Positions 38,806-50,200 of a stretch of 64,000 nt of DNA are shown here, piece by piece. Within the stretch, counting starts at the first letter, position 1; every line of letters starts with the position of its first letter. Source of the DNA: an uncultured Planctomycetaceae bacterium (lineage in GTDB: Bacteria > Planctomycetota > Planctomycetia > Planctomycetales > Planctomycetaceae); contig CAXBME010000031.1 in NCBI GenBank assembly GCA_963976765.1, positions 1 to 64,000 of the forward strand, read 5' to 3'. Made by a program: the position numbers and the translations under genes. The notes under the pieces were generated by a model. That model was not told where the DNA came from. It did no database searches and saw nothing but the letters and a program-made list of their open reading frames with translations.

Positions 38806-39789
38806 ATGGACGCTGATAATCCAACATTGAATGTCATCGGAAGCAGCCCACCCATGAAGGCGGTGGCTGAGACGATTCAACGAGTTGCCGATACCGGGGT
38901 CGATGTATTGATCCTTGGCGAAACCGGGACCGGTAAAGAACTCGTCGCGCGGTCAGTACATCATCTCGGACGGTGCCCGGACGGCCCGTTTGTGCCAATC
39001 GACTGCGGAGCAATTCCGGAAAACCTCCTGGAAAGCGAACTGTTCGGTTACGAACAGGGAGCGTTCACCGGAGCTGATCGACAACGTCGAGGTCTCCTGG
39101 AAACTGCCAGCGGCGGAACGTTCTTCCTGGACGAAATTGGTGACCTGCCGCTGCTGCTGCAAGCCAAGCTGCTGCGAGTTCTGCAGGAGCGAAAACTGAG
39201 ACGAGTCGGTGGCAACACTGAAGTTGACATTGATGTTCGCATCGTGGCAGCCACGTCGCGAGACCTGGACCTGATGGTTCAGAACCGAACTTTCCGCGAA
39301 GACCTCTTCTACCGAATCAACGTTGTCCGAGTTGACCTTCCGCCTTTGCGCGAGCGTGGCGATGACCTCGGACTGCTGGCCGAGCATTTCATTCTTCGCT
39401 GTAGCCGTGAAATGGAACGGCGAGTTCCAGCGATCACGCCAGCCGCCTACTCGCTCATGCGCCGCTACCACTGGCCCGGCAACATTCGCGAACTCCAGAA
39501 CGTTATTCGCCGAGCAATCGCCCTTTCTGATGATGACAAAATCAGCTCGGACGACTTACCAGTGTCACTTGTCGCGGCAGCCGCGGCGACGAACGGCAGT
39601 CCGGGGCGCAGTTTCTTCGAGATTCGTGACGAGTATCTGTCGCGCTTCGAACGCGAATATTTCGAAAGCCTGTTGCGGCGACACGGAGGCAACGTCAAAG
39701 AATCTGCAAGGGAGGCACAGCTACCAAGAGGAACCCTGTATCGGCTGCTGAAAAACCACTCCGTTGATCCGGCTGAATTTCGGCGTTGA
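38806..39789 (+). CDS. Sigma54-dependent activator (AAA+ and Fis HTH) with no N-terminal sensory domain
   Basis: GETGTGKE, GAFTGA, FLDEIG, WPGNIREL. Confidence 0.92.
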   Translation: MDADNPTLNVIGSSPPMKAVAETIQRVADTGVDVLILGETGTGKELVARSVHHLGRCPDGPFVPIDCGAIPENLLESELFGYEQGAFTGADRQRRGLLETASGGTFFLDEIGDLPLLLQAKLLRVLQERKLRRVGGNTEVDIDVRIVAATSRDLDLMVQNRTFREDLFYRINVVRVDLPPLRERGDDLGLLAEHFILRCSREMERRVPAITPAAYSLMRRYHWPGNIRELQNVIRRAIALSDDDKISSDDLPVSLVAAAAATNGSPGRSFFEIRDEYLSRFEREYFESLLRRHGGNVKESAREAQLPRGTLYRLLKNHSVDPAEFRR

Positions 39790-40053
39790 CTAAATCGATT
39801 CGCAGTGTTCCAGCAGCGAGACACGCGCCACACAAACGTGACACACCATAAACAGCGATCCAGGAATCATTCATATCTAACCAAATTCGCTATTCTCATT
39901 CAGCAGCCTCGTTGCAGGTTGGAGAATCCCCCAACAGAGTGTCACATTTTCGAGGCGCGTCTGGCGGTCACAGCTAAAATCACCTCTCGACGATAACCAT
40001 TAAGTTGTTTCATAAAAGTCACTTACAACTTTCTATAGATTTGGTGACCGGCC

Positions 40054-40068
40054 TGGCACAGCGTTTCC
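40054..40068 (+). promoter_or_regulatory. Possible sigma54 promoter of the PII operon
   Basis: TGGCAC-AGCGT-TTCC (deviant -12) preceded by an AT-rich tract. Confidence 0.45.
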
Positions 40069-40114
40069 TCTAGAGATCTCCAGTTGGCTCGAACCGGCAG
40101 GAATTGGGCAGTGA

Positions 40115-40924
<810 letters not shown>

Positions 40925-41151
40925 CGAACGAGTTGTCAGCCCCAGTTCGCAAGGTGTGCGCATCGACGTAAAGCACGCTCTACCAGAGGCAGAGGGCAAT
41001 TCAGATCTCTCTGCCTCTTCGGCTGCGCACACATCTCGCTGGAGCGGCTTTCTGCCAGATCCAACATGACAACTCCGTCGCGAGTCGCAAAGACCTCGCA
41101 AACGTGGTGACGTTTCTCAGCTTTGTCTTATTGAGAATTGTATTGGCGACG

Positions 41152-43842
41152 ATGTCGACTGAATCTCCCGCAGAACGAATTCAAAGACGCAAGCAGGCTC
41201 TGGCAAAAATCCGAGGGCGTGCAGCGCAGCTTTTTGCTGAGGGAGCGCGCGGGATGCAGATTGCGTCCTGGCTTTCGGACGCGATGGACACTTACACGGT
41301 TGAGATCCTGCAGGAGACCCTTGCTGACTTCACAGAAGCTGAGCAGCAGGAACTTGCTGAGAACTCTGCCATGATCGCAATCGGTGGCTCAGGCCGCGGC
41401 GAAGTCGCGCCTTACTCCGACTCCGACCTGATCTTCATTTTCCAGCCACGCATCGCCAGTTTGATTGCGAGACTGACAAAACGGATCGTTCCGGAGTTCT
41501 GGGATGCGGGTATCAAGCTGGGACAACGCGTTCATACGGTTCGTGACGCGGCGACCAGCGCGATTACGGATCCTCATCTTGCATCTTCGCTCGTACATAT
41601 TCGTCCTCTGTGGGGCGACGAGTCTCTGGCTGCGCAGCTGAAGACACAGTTCTACCGAAAAGTCGTGCGATCGCGGCTTCGAGTTTTCGTCAACGACTGT
41701 ATCGAGGGGCGAGATGAGGAACGGTCGACGCACGGTGCGACTTGCCAGCAACTTGAGCCTGACGTGAAAAAGTCGTTGGGTAGCCTTCGTGACGTCCATC
41801 TTCTGCAGTGGGTTGCGTTCGCTCATTATCAGACATCAGACATCGATTCACTGCGTAGAAAGAACGTGCTGACTTCCGACGACGCGGTCAGACTGAAGCA
41901 AGGCGTCGAGTTTCTGACTCGAGTTCGTATCGATCTGCACCTTCATGCCGGTAAAGCCAACGACACTCTTTCAAAAGATGAGCAGCTCCGGATTGCGAAA
42001 GCTCGCGATATTGCGCAGGTCGAAGGTCAGCGACCAGTTGAACGGTTCATGCAGGAGTACTTTTATCACAGCATGGCCATCGCAGAGATCACACAGCGAT
42101 TCGTCAGTCGCCATCGTCGTCGTTCAATCGCGTCGATTCTAAAGCGGTTGATGATGTCTCATCGCGTCAACCGCTACTTCGTTCTCAGTGACAGTGAACT
42201 TGACGTTTCGCCGTCCCGGCTGACAAGAATCTGCACAACCCTCGACGATATTCTGCGAATTTACCATTCGGCAGCGATGTATCGAGTCGGCCTGTCGCCG
42301 CGCCTGATCGAGGCCATCAAGTCAACTGCCCGCAATCTACCACCCGGGCCATCCCCGGAAGCATCGCGGCTGTTCATGGAAATTCTCGGCACCGTTGGCA
42401 GTTGCAGCGCAACAATCCGCAGTATGCACGAAACCAACGTTCTGGAGCTTGTCATTCCGGAGTGGCAACGTGTTCGATGTCTGTTGCAGTTCAACCAGTA
42501 TCACCACTTCACGGTCGATGAGCACACTCTCCGATGCCTGGAGATTTGCGAAAGCTTTGTGGATGAAGACTCGCCCGTCGGTGCGGCTTATCGAAACATT
42601 CGCGTGAAACAACTGCTGCATCTCGCATTGATTCTTCACGATGCCGGCAAGGGATTTGACGAAGAGCACAGCGAACTTGGCCGCCGGATGGCTTTGGACA
42701 TTTGCCAGAGGCTGCGGCTGAGTCAGCATGAAACAGGCATCGTCAGTTTTCTGGTTCACAAACACCTGAAGATGGCGGACCTCGGCTTTCGATACGACAC
42801 GACTGATCCGCAAGTCGTGCTGGAGTTCAGCCACGAAGTCGGTTCCGCCGAAAAGCTGAGAATGCTCTTCGTGCTGACAGCAGCCGATGTCAGCGGTGTT
42901 GGGCCAGGCGTGTGGACAAGTTGGAAAGCCGACCTGCTGGCAGACTTCTACAAGAGACTGATGACGACATTGAGTGGTCAACCGCCGCGATTCCACGAAG
43001 AAGAACGACTGCGGGAAATCCGGGCACATGTCTACGACTCGATTGTCCCGCTGGAACCCGAGTCCGACGAACTCGCGACGTCGTTGCGGCAGTGGGTGGA
43101 TAAACAACTCGACGGATTCTCGTCTCAGTATTTGACGATGACTCCGCCGTCGATGATCGCCCGTGACCTCGACATCATCCGCAGCCTGGGGCCTGGTGAA
43201 ATCCGCGTTGACGGGCGGTACGACAAAACCAGCGGGGCCACTGATTATCACGTCATCGCCGACTCGCTGTATTCACGCGGCGCGTTTCATCGCATTTCCG
43301 GCGTGCTGACCGCTCGACACCTGCAGATTCTTGGAGCCGAAATCACAACCAGTTTCGACGGCATCATCGTCGATACGTTTCACGTTATCGACGAAGATTA
43401 TTCGGGGGTCGTTCCACAGAATCGAATTGACGAAGTTGCCAGCTCGATCCTTCAGGGCTTGAGACAGGAAGTAACCGCCAAAGAATTGTTTCAGCGTCAT
43501 CGCCGCTATGTCACCGAAGACGCAGAGGCACCAACAATGGGCTTGCCAACGCGAGTCGAAGTTGACACAGACACCTCGGATAAAGCGACTGTTGTTCTTG
43601 TCTTCGCTCATGACCGACCAGGGCTGCTCTATACAATTTCTCGAACGCTCTTCAAGTTAAAGCTGTCCATCGACCTGGCACGGATCGCCACACACTTCGA
43701 TCAGGTGGTTGATGTCTTTTACGTCACCGACAATGACGGCCAGAAAATTACATCAGAAGAGCAGTGCCAGGCGATTCGAGATCGAATGCTGGAAGAACTG
43801 GAGAAATTCGAACGGTCGACGCATCGCGATTTTGTGTCATGA
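41152..43842 (+). CDS. glnD: PII uridylyltransferase/uridylyl-removing enzyme
   Basis: GGSGRGEVAPYSDSD, HFTVDEH, LHDAGKG, ACT domains. Confidence 0.95.
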   Translation: MSTESPAERIQRRKQALAKIRGRAAQLFAEGARGMQIASWLSDAMDTYTVEILQETLADFTEAEQQELAENSAMIAIGGSGRGEVAPYSDSDLIFIFQPRIASLIARLTKRIVPEFWDAGIKLGQRVHTVRDAATSAITDPHLASSLVHIRPLWGDESLAAQLKTQFYRKVVRSRLRVFVNDCIEGRDEERSTHGATCQQLEPDVKKSLGSLRDVHLLQWVAFAHYQTSDIDSLRRKNVLTSDDAVRLKQGVEFLTRVRIDLHLHAGKANDTLSKDEQLRIAKARDIAQVEGQRPVERFMQEYFYHSMAIAEITQRFVSRHRRRSIASILKRLMMSHRVNRYFVLSDSELDVSPSRLTRICTTLDDILRIYHSAAMYRVGLSPRLIEAIKSTARNLPPGPSPEASRLFMEILGTVGSCSATIRSMHETNVLELVIPEWQRVRCLLQFNQYHHFTVDEHTLRCLEICESFVDEDSPVGAAYRNIRVKQLLHLALILHDAGKGFDEEHSELGRRMALDICQRLRLSQHETGIVSFLVHKHLKMADLGFRYDTTDPQVVLEFSHEVGSAEKLRMLFVLTAADVSGVGPGVWTSWKADLLADFYKRLMTTLSGQPPRFHEEERLREIRAHVYDSIVPLEPESDELATSLRQWVDKQLDGFSSQYLTMTPPSMIARDLDIIRSLGPGEIRVDGRYDKTSGATDYHVIADSLYSRGAFHRISGVLTARHLQILGAEITTSFDGIIVDTFHVIDEDYSGVVPQNRIDEVASSILQGLRQEVTAKELFQRHRRYVTEDAEAPTMGLPTRVEVDTDTSDKATVVLVFAHDRPGLLYTISRTLFKLKLSIDLARIATHFDQVVDVFYVTDNDGQKITSEEQCQAIRDRMLEELEKFERSTHRDFVS

Positions 43843-43887
43843 ATGACCGCAGGCAGCTGTCGGTGAGTGGCTCGATTTCCCTTTCCG

Positions 43888-46557
43888 CTATTCGGTTGCG
43901 ACCGGCCTCGCGAGCTCATCCGTGAGCCACAATTCGATCAGCTTTGCAGGTTCTGCCACGTCTCCAATTTTTCGATCAACGAGATGAAGGTCCTGAGCGG
44001 CGACCAGTCGTCGGACCAGATCATCGCGTGGCCTCTGGTTCGAGGTCATATCAGCCACAGACGGATGAATCACAACGCAGTCCCACGTCGGCGGTCCGAA
44101 GTTTAACGACCAGTTCATCGCCCATGCGTATGAACTGACAAACGACTCGTCGGATTCAGCGACGGCTGACTGAGGGATCGCAACCAGCACAAGGTCTGGT
44201 TTCATGGCGCGGACACGAGCCCTGGCGTCCTGCTCGATCTGCGTCAGGGACAGCCCTTCGACAGGCCAGGGCGTAATGTCGACTTGAATCTTGTCAGAAA
44301 CACTCCGCAGGGCAGATTCGAAAATTGTGTCGTACGGAGCCATGGCCAGAACCCGCACTGGTTGATTGTCCTTCATTCTGGCGAGTGTTTGCTGCAGTGC
44401 CGGCAACAATGGCGGCACGTTCGCAAGTGATACTTGAGCCCCGGTGATTGCCTGAGCCAACCGCTCGGCCATGCTCTTGTGGCCGGCCATGTTCGGATGA
44501 ATCGCGTCGCTCATCAACAGTCTCCAGTCAAACGGCTTGATCTCGCGAATTCCGTCCAGCTGCTGATACATGTCGCAAATCGGAACGCCAAGTTCCCGCC
44601 CGACTTCGCGAACAACATCGCAGTACATGATCAGTTTGTTCGTCGGTCGACCCGGTGCGTCGATGACGTTATTTGGCGTGGCGAGCACAACTTCGGCTCC
44701 GATGCCACGACATTTCTCGACGATGGTTTTCAGGTTTGCCCGATAGTCGTCCAGCGGGACGCGAGTCATATCGTTCAGGCCGAACATGACCGTCACGACG
44801 TCGGGCTGATGAGCCAGCACGTCACGATCAATTCTTGCCAACGCGTTGACGGTCGTGTGCCCGCTGATGCCTGCGTTGATCATCTCAACATTCGAGACAC
44901 CGGACACTCGCCGCAAAGCAATGCCGAGCATGTCTGTGTAGGCTCGACGGCTTCCGGAGTGGTAATACACGCCGGTCACGCTGTCGCCGAAGCAGACAAC
45001 TTTGACGGGGTCGCCGGACATCAGTTTCTTTCGAACGTTCAGGTCAGCGCCGGTGGTCGTCTTCAAGACCGGCAGCATGGTTTCGGTGAGCCTGATATGC
45101 CCGTCGACATTCGGGTGACAGCCGTCGGTGGTCCAGCCGTGCAGGTCGCTGCCCTCGCGATGCGCTGCCGTCCAGTCTGCGAAGTGATCGACCAGTGGAA
45201 CACGCCATTCTTCAGCGACGTCTCGACACGCCTGGACGAATGGTTCAAGTTTGATATTCGGATTCTCACCGATTCCGTTCTGACGAGCTTTGTCGGACCA
45301 GCGCGGTTCGGTCATCAGGACGGGTTGAATTCCTCGTCGCAAGAGTTCAGCCACAATCTTATTCAGATTTACGCGGTAGTCATCGACAGAAATCCGACTG
45401 CTCGTTTTCCCCTGGTCCACATAACTGTCATTTGTCCCGTACATGATGGTGACGATGTCGGGCTGGTGCCGAAGCACTCGATCAAGCCGCTGGAGTGCCT
45501 GGTCCGTACGCTCGCCGCCGATGCCAACATTGACCACATCAACGGACCGACCGTCAGCAGCGAGCTGTTGCTCAATCAGCGATGCAAACGTCTGCTCGTT
45601 CGAGACGCCCGAACGGACGCCCTTCGTGATCGAATCGCCCAGGGTGACGATCGTGAAGTGTCGTCGCTCTGCCTGAGTGTTCTTTTCGATTCTCAGCAGT
45701 GACTCCGCAAAGAGTCGTCCGACTTCGAGCGTCCCTTTCGAATCGTAATGAACCTGGTTGGCGATTGTGGCTGCTGACGTGTCGACGTACTCCCAGCGAG
45801 GGTCGAACGACGCTGCCAGTTTCTGCTGGTCAATGATCGCCGGCATGAACTGGTTGCGGCCTTCGAGAAATTTTGTGTTGACCGCAATCAATGCAGCCAG
45901 CTTTGGAGCAGCAAGTTCTCTTCGGATAGCCGTCAGCATGGCGTCCAGATTTCGTGCGTAGATCGCCGAGTCATTCGCGTTGGCATCACTCTCGCCCTGC
46001 ACCCAGCCAAAAGCCCGCGGACGCAGCTCAATCCCTTCCTTCTTCGCCGCCAGAATTGCCGCGCGAGTTTCTGAAATCAGTGATCGGTAACAGGCTCCTG
46101 CTTCTCCAGGATCGGCATGGTCCCAGTTGCGCCGCAGACCGGTCCCGCTGAATGCTACTTTGACCACGGCAAGCGGTTTGTTTTCCCTGGCGTACAACGT
46201 TCGAGCAAAGTTGATCTCAGGCCCGAAGCCTCCATCGGGGTGAGCAAAGTTGCCGTACTGTCGACCTTGTTTCGGCTTCTTCGGATTACCCAGCGGCTGA
46301 GCCTGCAGGTGTGTCCATTTTCCGCCGCTCGTCGAGTCATGCTCGTCCGGTGGAGGGTCGCCGCATTTCCACCAGAACATGATGTGCTGATCGGCCTCGC
46401 TGTTCAGCATCTCGCCCGGGTCAGTATCTGCGCCGACGGCGTTCGACTGGCCAGCGACAATCAGCAGATCAACCTGCCTCAGATCGGCGGCGTTTGTTTC
46501 CGGGGTGGGGAAACCAACAACCGCCAGAGCAACAACCGCTGAAATAAAAAGTCGCAT
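43888..46557 (-). CDS. Secreted esterase: SASA/CE6-like domain plus two SGNH/GDSL domains
   Basis: AGQSNA..QGESD; LGDSIT..GTND..DGCHP; FGDSVT..GLND..DAIHP. Confidence 0.88.
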   Translation of the reverse strand: MRLFISAVVALAVVGFPTPETNAADLRQVDLLIVAGQSNAVGADTDPGEMLNSEADQHIMFWWKCGDPPPDEHDSTSGGKWTHLQAQPLGNPKKPKQGRQYGNFAHPDGGFGPEINFARTLYARENKPLAVVKVAFSGTGLRRNWDHADPGEAGACYRSLISETRAAILAAKKEGIELRPRAFGWVQGESDANANDSAIYARNLDAMLTAIRRELAAPKLAALIAVNTKFLEGRNQFMPAIIDQQKLAASFDPRWEYVDTSAATIANQVHYDSKGTLEVGRLFAESLLRIEKNTQAERRHFTIVTLGDSITKGVRSGVSNEQTFASLIEQQLAADGRSVDVVNVGIGGERTDQALQRLDRVLRHQPDIVTIMYGTNDSYVDQGKTSSRISVDDYRVNLNKIVAELLRRGIQPVLMTEPRWSDKARQNGIGENPNIKLEPFVQACRDVAEEWRVPLVDHFADWTAAHREGSDLHGWTTDGCHPNVDGHIRLTETMLPVLKTTTGADLNVRKKLMSGDPVKVVCFGDSVTGVYYHSGSRRAYTDMLGIALRRVSGVSNVEMINAGISGHTTVNALARIDRDVLAHQPDVVTVMFGLNDMTRVPLDDYRANLKTIVEKCRGIGAEVVLATPNNVIDAPGRPTNKLIMYCDVVREVGRELGVPICDMYQQLDGIREIKPFDWRLLMSDAIHPNMAGHKSMAERLAQAITGAQVSLANVPPLLPALQQTLARMKDNQPVRVLAMAPYDTIFESALRSVSDKIQVDITPWPVEGLSLTQIEQDARARVRAMKPDLVLVAIPQSAVAESDESFVSSYAWAMNWSLNFGPPTWDCVVIHPSVADMTSNQRPRDDLVRRLVAAQDLHLVDRKIGDVAEPAKLIELWLTDELARPVATE

Positions 46558-46844
46558 GTGAGAACGCCTTCCATAGACAAGTCTGCGAAGTGGAAGTAGG
46601 TCGGTCGTCATACTGAATAAGAATCGCGAAAAACACAAAGACACGAGACATTTCACCATGCGGACTCAATCAAATCAGCAGTGTTCTGTTCAATCAAAAG
46701 CTGAAGGCGCACCATCCTGTACCTGCGGCATCAAACCGTAAGCGGTCGGGCCGCCCATTGAGTTGAAGCTTTGCAAGACATCCATTGTCGGCAAGAATCT
46801 GGTTCGACATAGCGGTCAGATTTCTCACACGGGTGGCACGTGAC

Positions 46845-47243
46845 ATGAAGCAAAGCTCTGGTGATGAGCGTGCTGGATTCTTCGCGAGCCGCTATGCGAG
46901 TTTTGGTTACGCGTTTCGCGGCCTCGGCCTGGCGATTCGATCGGAAATCCATATCCGCATCCATCTTGTCGCCACGCTGGCGGTCGTCGGCGCCGGACTC
47001 TACTTTGACCTCTCGTCGACGGAATGGTGCAGCGTCTTTCTGGCAATTGGACTGGTCGTTACCTCTGAGACTCTGAATACGGCCATCGAACGACTGGTCG
47101 ACATCGTGCAGCCCGAATTCGACGTTGCCGCCGGACAGGTCAAAGATATTGCCTCGGCAGCAGCGCTGATTGCCTCATTGGCAGCGTCGGTTGTCGGCGT
47201 CATTGTCTTTGGACCTCGACTGCTCTTTCTGCTGAATCTGTGA
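46845..47243 (+). CDS. dgkA: Diacylglycerol/undecaprenol kinase family
   Basis: SFGYAFRG, ETLNTAIE, KDIASAA. Confidence 0.88.
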   Translation: MKQSSGDERAGFFASRYASFGYAFRGLGLAIRSEIHIRIHLVATLAVVGAGLYFDLSSTEWCSVFLAIGLVVTSETLNTAIERLVDIVQPEFDVAAGQVKDIASAAALIASLAASVVGVIVFGPRLLFLLNL

Positions 47244-47281
47244 GTTCAACTTCCTCTGATTTCCCACCGGCAGGAGCTGCC

Positions 47282-50200
47282 ATGATTCCCCGCCTTCGAA
47301 ACTTCGTTCGACCTTGCCTGTTAATGCTCGCCGCCGGCGCATTCTGCTCTGCACCTTTCGAAGCAGCTGCTCAATCGTCGAAGCTGGCTCCGGCAGAAGG
47401 CTGGCACCTGGTAACGGTCCCCGATGCCTGGCGAAAAGTGCCAAGCGGCGACCTGAAACCGATCAATGGTTACTCGTGGTACCGTTGCCTGGTCCAGGTT
47501 CCAGAATCCTGGAACGGTGCCGACCTGACTCTGTTTACAGAAGCTCTCGACGATGCCCGAGCTTCCTACGTCAACGGTGTGAATGTCGGAGCGACCGGAA
47601 CTTTCCCGCCGCAGTTCCGCAGTGGCCTGGGTGAAAAAGGAAAGTACGACGTCGATGCCGACCTGATCGAATTCGGCAAACTCAACACAATCGGGATCCG
47701 GGTTTACCAGGACAACCCGCGGCCAAACTTCAGCGTCGCACCGCCAATTCTGATGAACGAGTCCGCAAAGCAAGCCATCCGGATGGACGGCGACTGGCAG
47801 TACCGACCCGGCGATGACTCGGCCTGGTCGAAGTCTTCCGCAGCCGACTTCGGTGTCGATGCCGCAAAACTTTCCGCCGGCACCAGCGACCGCAAACAAG
47901 GCGCGTATGCCAAGATCGACAACGTCGACGACGTCGAGCGGTACGTTCTGAAACGACAGGGCGACAACGATCCCGTCCCGCCGGCAGAAGCTGAGAAACA
48001 GTTCGAAACACCCGACGACCTGGAAATGCAGCTCGTTCTTTCTGAACCGCATATCGCTCAGCCGCTGTTCATGAACTGGGACGAGCGAGGCCGACTGTGG
48101 GTCATGGAGTACCGGCAATATCCCGAAATCGCCGGATTAAAAATGCTCAGCCGCGACGTCTACCTGCGAGCGGTTTATGATAAAGTGCCTCCCGCGCCGC
48201 CGAACCACGACAAGGGCCGCGATCGGATTTCGATTCACGAAGACACCGATGGCGACGGCGTTTATGACAAGCACAAAGTCTTCGTCGACGGGCTGAATCT
48301 GGCGACTTCGTTCGTCCAGGGTCGAGGCGGATTGTTCGTCACCAACCCACCCTACCTGTTGTTTTACCCGGACGAAAACGGCGACGACGTGCCGGACGAC
48401 GATCCGGAAGTCCTGCTTGAAGGTTTCGGGTATGAAGATTCGCACTCGGTGATTAACAGCCTTCGATTCGGACCGGACGGCTGGCTCTACGGCGCTCAGG
48501 GCAGCACGGTTTCCGGCAACATCAAACGGCCTGGTTCAAAAGACGAACCCATCCGCACGATGGGCCAGTTGATCTGGCGCTACCATCCCGAACTGCGTCG
48601 CTACGAAGTTTTCGCCGAAGGCGGCGGCAACACATTCGGCGTCGAGATCAACGAGAAGGGCGAAATCTTCTCCGGCCACAACGGCGGCGATACGCGAGGA
48701 TTTCATTACGAACAGGGCGGGTACTCGCGAAAAGGATTCGGCAAACACGGCCCGCTTTCGAACCCGTACGCGTTCGGCTACTTCGAAAACATGAAGCATC
48801 ACAGCGTGCCTCGCTTCACGCACAACTTCATCATCTACGAAGAGAACGTGCTGCCGGACGAGTATCGCGGCAAACTGTTCGGCATCGAACCGTTGCAGGG
48901 TCAGGTCGTGATGAGCGACTTCCAACCGGACCAGTCGTCGTTCCAGACGCGCGACATCAGCCGAGTCGTCAAAACCAGCGACCAGTGGTTCCGCCCGGTC
49001 GACATCAAAGCCGGTCCCGACGGCTGCATCTACGTCGCTGATATGTACGAACAACGCATCGATCACAGCAGCCACTACGCCGGCCGCATCGACCGAACCA
49101 ACGGTCGTATTTACCGGTTGAAGCCGAAGGAACTGCCGAAGGCAGAATCGTTTGACTACGGAGAAGCCGACTTTGAAGCACTCGGCAAGCTGCTTGACCA
49201 TCGCGGGAAATGGCACCGCCAGACGGCACAGCGAATTATCGCCGATCGAAACGTTGCTGCAAAAGAATCCGTCCAAGCTCCGAAACGAAAGCCGCTGCTG
49301 GATTTCTCAGGATTCGGTATTCCACTTATTGAAGCTGCCATCTTCCTTGAGCAAATTGAATCACTTGAAAAAGCGTTTGTGCGGGGAGGTCAGACAAGTC
49401 TGGAGGCCATTTGGTGGCTGAATTCATTGACCACACTACAGAACATTGAAACTGTGAAGGGACTTCTTGCTCACGAAGATCAATTCGTCCGGGCCTGGAC
49501 TGTCCGTCTGCTGTGCGACCATTATCAGGTTGAGCCTGCGATCGCTCGCGCACTGGCAAACCTCGCGGCCCAGGAGCCGTACATCGAAGTCCGCAAGCAG
49601 CTTGCTTCTTCGGCGCGACGACTGCCGGCAAAGGACGCGCTGCCGATCATTCGAAACCTGCTCAACTACGACGAAGATTCAAAAGACCTCCACCAGCCGC
49701 TGATGCTGTGGTGGGCGATCGAGGCGAAAGCTTCCGACGGGTCACGCAAAGAGATTCTTGATCTTCTGTTTGCTGATAAAGACGTCTGGAACACGGCCAT
49801 CGTCAAAGAGCACCTCATCGATCGAATGATGAAGCGTTACGCGCTGGCGGGGTCTCGTGAAGAGCTGATCGCCGCCGCTGAGTTGCTTAACGCTTCGCCG
49901 AACAAGGCCAGTACGGAGCTTCTGCTGAAAGGTTTTGAAGAGGCGTACAAAGGCCGATCGCTGGCCGGTCTGCCGGATCAACTCGTTGCGGCCATTGCCA
50001 AGTCCGGCGGTGGCTCCACCGCTCTGAAACTCCGTCAGGGAGATGCTGAGGCAATCAAAACAGCGGTCACCGCCGTTGAATCTGGAAAAGGCACCGCGAC
50101 CGACCGTCTGCAATACCTTCAAATCTTCGGTGAGATCCGCCGCCCGGAATTCATCCCCGTCCTGCTGAAAGTCGTCGACTCGGACAAGAACGCCGACCTC

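Noticed and set aside
44434..45702. 422-aa plus-strand ORF
   Set aside because: Antisense shadow of the SGNH esterase with no recognisable motifs
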